Below the pieces are notes generated by a model, which was not told the DNA's origin, did no database searches, and saw nothing but the letters and a program-made list of their open reading frames with translations. Below are positions 11,134 to 23,300 of a DNA stretch of 64,000 nt, piece by piece. The stretch is from assembly GCA_002189035.1 (NCBI GenBank), contig CM007991.1:4154001-4218000 (forward strand). Direction: 5' to 3'. Position numbers and translations under genes: made by a program. Position 1 is the stretch's first letter. The number at the start of each line of letters is the position of its first letter. Origin of the DNA: Utricularia gibba. Taxonomy: Eukaryota > Plantae > Magnoliophyta.

Positions 11134-12607
11134 TTAGCTCGGGACGATACAGTCCTTGGGGGCGATTCTGTCATCACCCTCCGAAAGCGGATCCTTGGGA
11201 GGCTTTCTGTCGTTTTCTTCGTCCTCGAGGAGCCCCGCCAGAGGAGAAGAATGTGCATCCTTGGGGGTGGTGTTTCTGTCTCCATCCTTGCTCTTGAGGA
11301 GCATCTCCAGTGGGGAATGTGGTGCCTTAGGGAGGGTGCTATCGGGGCCTTTGTCCTTGAGGAGCATCTCCAGTGGAGAATGTGGGTGATCCTTGGAGGG
11401 GCTTTTGTCCGCATCTATGTCCTTGAGGAGCATCACCAGTGGAGAATGTGGAGGATCCTGGAAGGGGTTTGTGTCGGCATCTTTGTCCTTGAGGAGCAAC
11501 GCAAGTGGAGAATGTGGAGGGGGATCCTGGAAGGGGTTTGTGTGGGCATCTCTGTCCTTGAGGAGCAGCGCAAGTGGAGAATGTGGAGATGTGGGAGACA
11601 TGGACGAAGACGAGTCGGAATGAGGGGAATTCAGGGATGGACTTGATGGGGTGTTGTCTCCAGAAGGCGGCGCTTTGTTTGGATTGTCATCGGGTTCTTT
11701 CTGGATGTCCACGGTGGCGCCGCCCTTGTTGTCGTCTGGAGCTTCTCCGAACATGGCCTTTTTCAGTCGTTTGATGTCCGATAGCTTCACTGGCTTCACA
11801 ATGAAATCTTCAGCACCTTCTTCCAAACATCTGGAGAAGAGCGTAACGAAAATCAGAATCTGGTTCACGGGATCCAACAAGGTAGAGCTTGGTCTAACCT
11901 AAAGCGACTAATTCATAGAAGAATGCGCAGACATTCCATACACAGAAGCAGCAAACGAATTGGAACACAGCAACTACTGGAGATCTACCTGTGAATTCTA
12001 GCTAGAACATTTTCAGAAGACATGATCACAACCGGAACTTTTCGAAAAGCAGAGGAGCCCTGATCGAACAGATCGAGTTGAAATCAGTTGAGCCAATCAG
12101 AAACAGTAAGGAAATGCATTTAGCTGAGGAGGGAGCAAGGGAATGACCTTGATCTTTTTCAGCAACTCATAGCCGGTCATTCCAGGCATGCAGTAGTCTG
12201 TGATTATCAGATCCACCTTCAACCTCTGTGTACCAAAAAAATGTTGGATCAATCAATCAAAGGAGCAGAAGTGAATGATAAGAGGTAAGAATTTTACATC
12301 TAATTCAACGGAATTTTCACCCCCATCCAATCCCAGAAACTGCAAAGCTCTCCACCCACTATCCACTGCTGTCACTGAAGCAAAATCAATCATTTAGAGA
12401 CGGAATGGAAACCACACACTTCCAGAAATGAGATTTAAAACCTTTGAAGGAAGTGATTCTCAGCAATCCCTCAATAACTTTTCTGTCAACAAGACTATCA
12501 TCTACAGCAAGAACATGAACTTTCTCAGAATCCCCACGACGACTAGATAATTCATCCACCATCCCTTCACTGCGCTCCAACCGCAAGAAGACGCCATTTT
12601 TCGCCAT
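11134..12607 (-). CDS. ARR3/ARR4: Type-A cytokinin response regulator, ARR3/ARR4-like, 362 aa with long repeat-containing C-terminal tail
   Basis: Exons 12607-12442, 12374-12298, 12225-12148, 12059-11989, 11830-11134, all in phase. Receiver D-D-K residues are intact ([25 protein letters not shown]). The N-terminus MAKNGVF resembles ARR3/4. Confidence 0.95.
11170..11586 (-). repeat. Coding tandem repeat, six imperfect 63-69 bp units
   Basis: Plus-strand core ccttgaggagca...agtggagaatgtgg recurs about every 66 bp. Units translate as PHSPLxxLLKD... Confidence 0.95.
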
Positions 12608-12634
12608 ATTCAGGAACACCCAGGTGACCAAAAA

Positions 12635-13020
12635 AGCTCAAGATTCTGACCTCGAAACTCGCCGCAGAGAACAAAAAAAAGGGGGAAAAGACAACGAAAA
12701 TCCCGTTTTGAAAAAAAATCCCGTGCGCTATAAATAAAACTCCATCCCCATCAGAAGACACCCATTATTCTGTTTTTACGATTCACCCACCAAATCCCTT
12801 ACCAGTACAGGACTTCTCTTTTAAAGGACGAGACTTTCGAAAAAGTAAATCTGGCAAAATCTTCTTTTTTATTGCGCAAAAGCGCATACGGGTGGGATTC
12901 TGAAATCCACTTTGTCGGTTGTGTGATCTCCCGATATCAACCAAAGATCTCGAGACTTGGCAAAAAGTTCAACACCGCAATTATTCCCAGGATCGCGTAG
13001 TAGCGCCGGCAAGATCGAAA
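12635..13020 (-). promoter_or_regulatory. Type-A RR 5' UTR/promoter with clustered type-B response-regulator cores (AGAT[C/T])
   Basis: AGATT/AATCT/AGATC cores at about 12641, 12848, 12858 (extended AAGATTTT on minus), 12925, 12945 (AGATCT) and 13012. A TATA-like element lies at about 12728-12736. Such clusters are typical of cytokinin primary-response genes. Confidence 0.55.
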
Positions 13021-15003
13021 CGAAAACCCAATTTCCGTGGCGGTGAATCGAGATAAATCATTTCCTACGACTACATTGACTAATCCGCCATAGAAGAGAT
13101 TGCATCACTTAAAAGACTCCATTTCTCAGTTGTGCGATCAGAATCCTCATTCCATTTAACCACCACTTGCTAATCCCCTACACCATCCTCTGTTTTCTTT
13201 CCTTCAATGGAATCCCCCCATCTTTAATTTCAGAATATTAAATAAAATATCCCAACACTTAAATTGTTCCATTACTAATTAGTTTATAAAATAATTACAC
13301 ACAAGAAATGTAAATACACGTGTCACTATCAGAGATCTTCCTCAATCTCTAGTGGGGTGTTATCATTTAATTTTTACACATGTACCGTACTCTTTTAGAA
13401 TTTTCCATGTTTTCAAATATTTTTTATTTAAAAAGTTAAATATGCTTTTACAATTTTATTTTATGATAATATTTCTGTCTAATTTTGAATTTTGATGTGC
13501 ATAAAATGTATGTATATTTTTATATTTATTTATTTTCTAATTAAATTATAAAAATAATCAATCGCCTTCTCCATCCCAACGGCTAAAACTATAAATTATT
13601 CATTTTGGAAAAAAAAAATATTTAATTACCATTTGACCCCCGGAAAAGGAGCAAACTGGGCTGGGCTCAAGTGATTTAACAGTCTAAAGCCCACTTATTT
13701 TCCGGAGTTTCCTAGGAGGCCTACTCCCTCTGTGCAATCGTTACCGGAGTTCCGGTTCTATCCACTCTCCACCGTCACGGAGGAATTCTGGATGTACTCT
13801 GAGCGCTCTGTACGCTAACGAATGTCTACAGGATAAGCTCTGTCACTGTTATGTCGTCCGAAGGTATGGCAGAAGCCGCGTACACCGGCGCTTTTTCTGC
13901 GTTTTCGTTCCCAGTGCGTGGGCGTCATCGTTTTCTAGATAAAGGTTGAGGAGAAATGTGGAGGATAGGTGAAGTAAGCTATCGGATAAATGGGTGGCTC
14001 TGCGTTATTCCCCGGCTGACGCTGGTCAAGATCACCACAAGACGATTACGTTTAGGAAGAGTTGTTATCATGGCGGTGGCTTTTTCTGGTTCCGGAGGCG
14101 GTGAGTCTGGGAGTGGCCTTGGTTCCGCTGTTCTTCCTGGGGGTGCCTTTGTTGTTGTCGTTTTTGGTATGCTTTTTTGGGTGGATATTCTTGTCAATAA
14201 TAGCGTTGCATAATTATGTAATTTTGTGGTTGGATATGCTCATTATACGATCTAGAAAGTGGAATGAAATCCATAAAGTTCTGTTTGTCTCGATGCCAAG
14301 GCCAATCCTTTCTTAGTGTAACCGACTTGAATGGTGTATTCTGAATGGGTAATTGATAAACAAATAATTTTGTTATAAAATAATTTAATTTTTATATTAC
14401 ATGATTTTTAAATTACAATTATCAATTAAACTTAATTCAAATGATACAATAAAATAAAAAATAAATATAAGCAATGAAGTCTAGTACTTGATGTTTAAAG
14501 GTTCATACATTCTCATGCCAAAGCTATCCGAATATGTGGATGTGCCAAGCAACACCGGTCGTCTAAATGCTCCATTGCTCCGGGGAAAAGTTTGCGTTCA
14601 CACCTTGGGGACAAGGCAAAGGGAATCAAAGTCTATGCTTAATGATTTTGCAAAGGAGCTTAGGAACTAGAAATATTGAGATTTCAGGTAAGATTCATGT
14701 TTTCTTATTAAATTTTTTCTTAGGATTTATGTATGTGTTTTACAAAACAAGCATGGATGTATAACTTGCTCATGTAATATGCACAAATATTACATATATA
14801 TCCAAAAGTCATGATTTTGAAGATGATGAGCATTTTTTCATGGTAGAGAAAGCGCACCATCAAGTGAAAACTTTTGAGAGATCTATGTTTGTTTGCAAAT
14901 ACATACTCATTGAGAGTTTCTTGGTTTTTTATTCTCTTGTCCCTTCATAGTTTTGGTGTCAATGGGAAAACTGTAGAAGTAATAAAAAATAAGAATCACA
15001 AAG

Positions 15004-15023
15004 AGAGAGAGAGAGAGAGAGAG
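15004..15023 (+). repeat. (GA)n microsatellite at LINE 5' end
   Basis: agagagagag run seen directly. Confidence 0.85.
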
Positions 15024-15185
15024 AGCAAAACCCATACCCCTAGGATTTCAAACTCATGAGATCTGCACTGAGATCACCGCTCATCTTCCAGCAGCCAGTT
15101 CAGAGGGTCTTGGTGGGGTGAGACCTTGGGAGGGTAGAAATAGAGCATTTGAACCCTATTAGAAGGCATTTGCTTACCTTTTCCA

Positions 15186-15650
15186 TGTTGGAAGATCTAG
15201 ATTTTTGAATGAATGGAAGTTTTGAATATGCGAGCAGAGCTCTGAAGTTGTAAAAATGTTTTCTAAAGACCTATAATTAGCTTATTTTGACATGATTGAG
15301 ATCTCTCATTTATAGGCTTGGTTGCAGTCCATTGGAATGTTACCGTTGCATCGTAATTCTTCAGCATTTACTCTTCATTCGACAAGTTGATTTCGTTACT
15401 TAATTCTTCAACCCTTAGGTCTTGGGTCAACCTTACACCTTATGGTAATGAGCCTTCATGACTTATGGTTCATCTGTGAAAGGGCTTCAGTTGATATGAC
15501 TCTAACACTATGAAAAAAGATCCATCGTGCACCTCCTTCTTGTTCTTCCTAAATTCTAGGGTTTGCCCATCTTCCTCAAATTTTCACTTTCTCTCAAATT
15601 TTTCTTCTATTTCTTAGAAACAGGATCAATTTCTTCTTCACCCACCAACA
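15186..15650 (-). repeat. 3' LTR of copia element (465 bp)
   Basis: Direct repeat of 17593-18059, roughly 85% identical by eye; TGTTGG/CCAACA termini. Confidence 0.9.
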
Positions 15651-17592
15651 TTCCTCCTTGATGAAGTAATTTAGATTATAATTCATAGTGTAGAAGATTC
15701 AGCCTCAACCTAGCATATGTCGAATTCTATTGAAGTTTTTCTGAAATAAGCACTTCTCAAGATATCATTGGCATGTTCTTCTGAGGGTATGTAGTCTAAA
15801 TTGATAGATCCTTCTTTAATGTAGTCACTGCATGATACTTGATTTTCACATGTTTTGTCCTTTTGAACAACATCGGATTTTGGGCTATACTGATAGCAAA
15901 CTTGTTGTATATTTTGAATACCACGAGTCTAGTGATATTGATCTTTGGTCATGGTACAAGTTGATTAACCATTGAGCATGATTGGTAGCAGAGTCTCTGG
16001 CCATGTATTCTGCTTCGATGGATGATTGGGCAATGATGTCTTATTTCCTTGTATTCCAAGAGAACACGGCCGAGCCGAGATGAAACATGTATCCAGTAGT
16101 GGAATGACAATCAATTTCATCCCTTGCAAAGTCCAAATCTACAAAGCCGTGCAGGTCAGTTTAGTTCCCTTCTTGAATACAAGTTGAAATTCAAATTTTT
16201 TTCAGATAACATATGATTTTTTTTTTTGTTACCTCCAAGTGCGTGATGTGTGGATTGTGCATGCACTTGAATGGAAAGGATACTACAAAGGTAATGTCGG
16301 GTCATGTGGCAGTAAGGTATATTAGTGCTCCCACAATTCTTTGAAATGCTTGAGGGTCGGTTCAGTTGGCATCAATGTTTTTCAAGTTCTGCTTAATTCC
16401 ATGTGGGAATGAGACTAAACTATCCTTGGCATTTTGTTGTCCAAATCTCAATATCTTATCTTCGATATATTTTTTTATTCAAAAATATGCACTCATCTTG
16501 ATCTTCATTCCCAGAAAGTAACAAGCAAGTCCAAGTTCAATGAGTTTGAATTTATTCTTTAAATTTGCTCTTTGTGCTTCAATAAGATCAGTGTTGCTTC
16601 CAATGATTAGGATATCATCAATGTATAGAGTTATCACAACTCTAACTATTGAGATTTCCATAACTTACAAGGTAGTGTTGTTTTTGCTTCTCAGATACCT
16701 TTGTTCAATAAAGTATGTATCGATAGTGTCATATCATTCCTTAAAAGCTTGCTTCAAACCGTAGAGAGTCTTTTTCAATTTTAACACCATATTTTCCCTT
16801 CTTTGATTTCAACACCCGAAGGGAAATGCACATAGACATCTTCATGTAGTTCTTCATTTAGGAAGGCACATTTTATGTCTGGCTAGTATAATTTCCAATC
16901 AAAACTAGCAACCATGACAATCACAAGTTTGATTGTATCAAGTCGGGCTATTGGAGCAAAGGCCTCCATATAATCGACTCTGGCCTTTTGCAAGTAACCC
17001 AAAGCCACCAGCCTTGACTTCAATTTATTCACTATTGAATCAGGATTGAGTTTGGGCTTTCGGATCTATTTGAGACCTAGAATTTTGACATTGCCAGGTT
17101 TGTCTACGACTTCTCAGACATCATGCTTATCTATAGAGGTCAGTTCTTCATACATTGACTTGTTCCATCCAAGATTATTTAATGCCTCACGTGTACTAAT
17201 AGGTTCATAAATTAGAAAGCTCCTGTCTAGAATTTATGCAATGATTTTGTACCTGGTCTGTAGAGGTCTATCACACACTTCATGATAATCTTCATTTTTC
17301 CCAGAACTCACACTAACAAAGTGTAGAACATAGTTTGTGTACAAATTTTGTTCATCTTTGATTTCATTAGTTAGTCTCTTTGAGTCAGGAATTTCATGCA
17401 ATAATTTGGGAATGAAGCTAGGGGATAGCTCTTAGTTAACGTGATCTCCAGTTTCTTCTTCTAAATCAGAACTTTCTTGGTTGACAGATGAGAGCAATAG
17501 GTAATCTTCCCCATCATTTTGCTGCTTTCTTGAGCATAATGAATATTTCAGAATTGTTACGCAAGTGGAGAAGCTTCAAATTGGGTTCACCA

Positions 17593-18059
17593 TGTTGGAA
17601 GATCTAGGTTTTTTAATGAACGGAAGTTTTTCATATGTGAGTAGAGCTTTGAAGTTGTAAGAATGTTTTCTAAATATCTTGTAACTAGACTATTTCGACA
17701 TGATTGAGATCTCTTATTTATAAACTTGCTTCCGGTCCGTTGGAATGTTACCGGTGCACCGTAATTCTTCAGCATTTACTCTTCATCCAGTTAGTTGATT
17801 TCCTTACTTCATTCTTCAACCCTGAGATCTTGGGTCAACCTTACACCTTATGACAATGCGCATTCATGATTTATGATTTATTTGTAGAAGAACTTCAATT
17901 GATATGACCCCAACACTATGAAAACAAATTCATCGTGCACCTTCTTCTTGCTCTTCCTAAATTCCAAGGGTTCATGCATCTTCCTCAAATTTCCACTTTC
18001 TCTCAATTTTTCCTCTTGTTTCTTGGAATCGGGATCAATTTCTTCTTCATCCATCAACA
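17593..18059 (-). repeat. 5' LTR of copia element (467 bp)
   Basis: Direct repeat of 15186-15650; followed on the minus strand by TGGTGAACCC (PBS position). Confidence 0.9.
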
Positions 18060-19089
18060 TATCACACTTCATCACCATGTTTTCGGATAATTGGTGGGTG
18101 GCAGAGCTCCGTCACCTTTTTTCTGAATGTGGGACATTGGTAAATGTGCATGTGAGCTCTTGATTGTGTAGGAATGGAAAGCGCATTTTATTTCTGAGAT
18201 TTAGTAAACAAAGAAACATTCAACATTTGGAAACTTATGCTATGGAGAAAGCATCGAAGGGTGACCCCCATTTGGTCATGCACTCGTACTGGTCCAATGG
18301 AGATAACAAACGACATGATGGAGCTACGACAAGAGTGCCTAGTCCTTAGAGCTCTCAATCTCTGGCGGTTGGAGGACATCATTATTCCAAAATGGACAAG
18401 TGGGGATGGGCATGGGTTGAATTCGCATGCACCAGAGCTAAACAACATCACCAATTGAAGAAATGTAGAAATCCAAAAAAGAGATTTGTTCCTTTGGAGG
18501 AAGCATTAGAAGCAAAGACTTGGGCAATAAGATGCACTGTTAGCAAGGCTAAATAGTTCTATGAAACCCTCACATTAAGAAGTATGGTAGCGGAGACTAG
18601 TTTTCAAGGAATAAGGGTGTTGAGTATGGGAGGCCTCTGTTTTCTATTGGAATTCAAGGATATGGCTTGAATGATAAAGTCATTTCAGTAGGCAATCCTT
18701 GGTTTGAGGAACATTTCCATTGGATTCAGAGTGCTAAAACTATTGATTTGCAAGATCCCAACAATTGGTTGAGGGTTCAGGAAACGCCCTTAGAGGTGTG
18801 GTAAAAAAAAAATTTAGAAGAATGGCACAGGAATGGGGAATGGTAATCACAATAGAGGAATCCACACTAAGCCGCAGCCAAATAAATTTTGGGTGTATTC
18901 TAGTGTGTACAAGAGTAATGAGTGGGATCTGTAGCTCTTGGTGGATTAAGTGGAAAAGTACAAATAGACAAATAAAGGTTTTTGAGAAGGATGACTTACA
19001 CCTTGCTTGCAATATGAGGGTGATGGGAAGCAACAGTGTGGGTTGGAGTGTCATGGACAACTACAATTCAAGAAGCAAGACAGAATCAG

Positions 19090-20310
19090 TGATAATCCAT
19101 GTTTTTCAATGTCTTCGGATTACAATATGAGTAACATTATGTAAGAAAACTGGAATTTAATTAAGTATTTCTGCATCTTTACAATTTGCAATGAATTTGT
19201 GTTTTCATTGTGAAGACAATCACAATAGCTGAATCTTGGATTTAGTCACAGTCTGTGTTCTAATCACTCTTTTTGTGTTATGCAGTATGTTTTTTACATT
19301 GTAAATTCCAAGTTGCCAGAAATGCACATTGAAGGTGGCACGGAATGGTGACAAAAGTTGAGAATAGAAGACATCAAATCCCAAGGTTGCGAAAAGAAGA
19401 TTTTGAGATATGATAAGGAGTGAGAAAATATCATCATGATTTTTGAACAACATACAACAATTTTAGAGAGATCAGAAAGAAAATCACAAAAGAAATGAAA
19501 GAAACGAAGAAGAAAAAACTAGGAGCCAACTAGATTTTTCAAGATTTTCTTTATTTACGAGGAATATTGCTCCTATTAAAGATAGCTTTAGCATTCCATC
19601 TTAATTATTTATGATTCCTGTTTATGCTTATTTTTCTTTTCTTGTTGTTGAACTCTGAAATGTGGATAATGTTGATGCTATGTTATGAATGTGTTTTATT
19701 TTTTCTTAACATGAGTAGCTAAACACCAAGGGGTGTTTTGGGATAAAAAATGACCAATGTGCATATTGATCTTTAACCCATGTTAGTCATATAATCACAA
19801 TATTTGTTTAATAAACTAGGATAGATCAAGAAGAGGGAGTTAGTGAAACTCATGTTAAACAATCTTAGTTAGAGGTAAAACAAAGATTACGACAAAACAA
19901 ATGTTTTGGCAGACTTAAACTTTTATTGACTAGATGCATGATTATAGGTTGAAAATGATGATTATAATGATGAGCATGTTGTACCTAGAAGTCTCAAGGC
20001 ACCACATTATTTTCATTTAGACAAGAATATGATTTACTTGGTTATTTCTTTACTACATTTTGTCAGAGACTCGCATTAGTCCTAACTTAAACCAAAACTT
20101 TCATCATGACAAACACTAAATGCATTAGCTTTCATATAACAAACACTAAATGTATTAGCTTTCATATAGCAAACACATAGCTCATTGTATTTGACCATAA
20201 TCCACTATATTTGTATATGTTGTATGATTAAGTATGTATTAGGTTTATAAATTTATTTGATACATGAAATTTGCATATTTACAACATGTGCATAATTTTT
20301 TTGTTTATCA
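19090..20310. mobile_element. Solo LTR, probably Ty3/gypsy (Athila/Tat-like), inserted in LINE ORF1
   Basis: TGATAA...TTATCA terminal inverted repeat with a perfect 5-bp TSD ATCAG at 19085-19089 and 20311-20315. Contains ATGAGTAGCTAAAC, a motif I associate with Athila-type LTRs. The family call is inference. Confidence 0.85.
20110..20178. repeat. 30-bp tandem repeat (two copies plus partial) inside solo LTR
   Basis: acaaacactaaatg(c/t)attagctttcatata twice, then gcaaacac. Confidence 0.85.
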
Positions 20311-23300
20311 ATCAGATGATAATGGAACAATAGCTAATGGAAAGATTGATTAGGATTTCAACCTTCGAGGGAAACTTGAGCCTAAAAAGAAAACATCTTT
20401 TAAGAGTGACAAGCCAATTGTCTAGCTCTGAGAGAAGCTTCGAAAAATAAGGAACCTAAAAAAGGCTTGAATTTGATCCAATTGAGTCAACGGTGCAACC
20501 TAAGTCAACAAGGGTTACCAATCGACCATGAGAAGAGGAGGAAATAATTTTGAATAGTAATCTTGGAATTGCCTTCCATCATGGTAATGCTCAGTATTTG
20601 CTTGTATATCCATGACGACTGTAGTGAGTGCGAGTATTTGAGACATTAGGAATACTAAAAAGAGAAGGGCTCTTAGAAATCATTGATAGAGCAAAAGTCT
20701 CAAATAGTGCTCTTGTAGGAAACACTATTTGTAGAGGTTCATTAGTTTTGGTTATTCTTGTAACCTTGCTAGTGGACACCCAGGTGGTTTGACGTGCATT
20801 CGAAATAAAGAGGAAGTTGAGATAGTAGATTTAGTGATATATGCGAGAGTCATCATTTTACGAGTAAAATCGGGGCCTATCAACCCTTTCGAATTTCTAT
20901 TTATAAATGCATATGGCTCTCATATTATAAGAGAGAAAATTGGATTTTGAATTTTCTTATTAGAGATAATTGGATAGTGTCATGCTCCTTTTATATTTAT
21001 AGGAGATTTTAATAAGATGATCTATGTAAGTTAGAGATGAGGATATAGGAATAGCAATATGGTAGATTAGGAATGCTTTAGAAAATTTATGATCCGAAGT
21101 AGTGTGAAGGATATGTTGTTGGAGGCAAGACGATGCACATGCAGTAGTCCAAATATGCAGCAAAGAAGTCAGCTAGATAGGGAAGAAATCACCAAATTGA
21201 TCCCCCACTTTTTTGATACTTTCCTTGCAAATTCAAAAAGAAAGGTGTTTGAAATGGTATGTGTGCGTGAAGGAGATTCTAGGTTTCCGTTTGAGTCATC
21301 TTGACTCACTCTCTACTCTACCACGAACAATTCCGAAATGGGAGGGGTTAGTTGTGTAGTCTCTCGCTTTTTCCGTTAAGTGAATATGCGATTCAGTAGC
21401 TCAATTAGAGGAGATAGAAGGGAAATCAATGGCGGTCTCTATTATCTAAGAATATGCTGGCATGATTCTTGCAATACTCTCTTACAGCCCTACAAAGAGA
21501 TAGCACAAACTATTGCCCAATAGTATTAAAATAGAGTGGATTGATGATGATATGAAGTTTTCTAAGTTCAACAGTGGGTGGTTGAAGCATGAGGAGCTAA
21601 AGGATGTTGTCTGAAACAATTGGGAGCAAGCTTTCTATTATCACTCAGATGGATGCGCTCTATGGTCCAATCTAAGACGGCTAAAGTATGAACTAATGGC
21701 ATGGAATGCGAACAAAGGTGATCGCATAGAACAAGAACTGAAGATGATTGCTATGGAGGTAGAGATATGGGAATGAAACTTGGAAAACCACCCTTTAATC
21801 GGAGAAGAATGGAGGGTGGGGGTTGAACTTCAGTCCTAGTGGTTAAACAAGAGCTTCGAGTATGATGTACATTGTCAAATATGATCTTGTAATCAATGGT
21901 TACAAGTAGAGGACAAAAATTGTAAATTTTTCCATCGATCAATGGTACTTCAATGGAATTGAAATAGATGTCGAGATTTTATGCTCAATAGTGAATAGAT
22001 TCTTGAAGCCATCCGAATGATGACCGAAGCCTCTAATTATTTTCGAGACGTATTCCCATAAAGAATCCCCCAGGTGCTATGAAGTAGATTGGGTGGATAT
22101 GCCTCAATAGACTATGGTAAGGACGAATGCTCGGGCCTTGATGATTTTACGATTGAGTTCTTTGCTACTCATTGGGATACAATTGGCTTAGAAGTTATTT
22201 CGTAGATACAAAGATTCAAGGCGACAACGGATGTTGGTGTGAGGTCTAATGCCACTTTCATCAATCTTATTCCAAAAAAGAGAAACCCATAAAATCTGGA
22301 TGAGCACAGGCCAATGAGCTTGGTTACGAGTCAATACAAGATCTTAGCAATGATGCTCTTAAATTGTCCACAAAAGCTAATACAAGGTGTGATAAGTGAG
22401 TAGCAAACAACATTCTTAAAGAGGGGGAATATCTTTAACATTACACTCACAATGGATGAAATTGTCGCAGCCACTAGAAGAGGGAAGCAACAAGTTGCTG
22501 CAATAAAAATTAACTTCCAAAAATCCTATGATAGTGTAGATTAGGAGTTTTTATTTATGATGATGAGATTGAAGGGCTTTGGTGAAAGATGGATTAGGTG
22601 GATCAAGGCATGCGTATCTACAACATCCTTCTCAGTTCTAGTAAATGGCTCAGCCTCTGCAAGGGAAGCCTTTATCCCCCTTTCTTTTTCTAATAGTAGT
22701 TGAAGGGTTGAGTTACATGCTTTGTAGAGCTCGTGATTCACAGTCAATTAAGCAGGTTAGGGTGAGGAGGGATAGATTTCACATTTCCCATTTATAGTAT
22801 GTAGATGATACATTATTGTTTGTTGAATGGGACAACCAAAACTTGCATAACCTACTTTCTCTTCTTAATATTATTTTTTTATCTCCCCTTAAGCTTGCAA
22901 GTCAACCTACCCAAGGCTAAAGTTATGGGGATCATTGTATGCTAGGAATCCATCACAAGCATGGCAAATCACTTGAGATGTGGTGTGAGTGACTGCCACT
23001 GAAATATCTAGAACTCCCTATCAGGATGGATATGGATAAAATAAAGATATGAGACCAATTAACATATAGAGTCAATCTTTGGATCAACTCATGGATATCA
23101 AAATGGTTTTCTAAAGGAGGTCATCTTACTATGTGTAAAGTAGTACTGGGGAGCCTACCCATGTATTATCTCTCACTTTTTCAGGTTTCAAAATAGTGAT
23201 TTTTAGACTGGAATGAATATAGATGTGGTTCTTATGGGAAGGAGCATCTTCGGAGAATAGAAATATTGTTTGGATCAGCTAGGAAAGAATTCTCAAATCT

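Larger units (their letters stand above)
15186..18059 (-). mobile_element. Ty1/copia LTR retrotransposon, internally deleted (RT/RNase H only), decayed
   Basis: Two LTRs (15186-15650 and 17593-18059), each bounded by TGTTG...CAACA. PPT (minus ATCAAGGAGGAA) at 15651-15662. Minus-strand RT relic (KLKSRLVALGY...FAPIARLDTIK...AFLNEELHEDVYV) and RNase H relic (IAQNPMLFKRTKHVKIKYH). The internal region is only ~1.94 kb. Flanks TTCCA/TATCA match 3/5. Confidence 0.92.

Noticed and set aside
20110-20178. 30-bp repeats as a CRISPR-like array
   Set aside because: Adjacent tandem copies with no spacers, inside a plant LTR; no cas genes.
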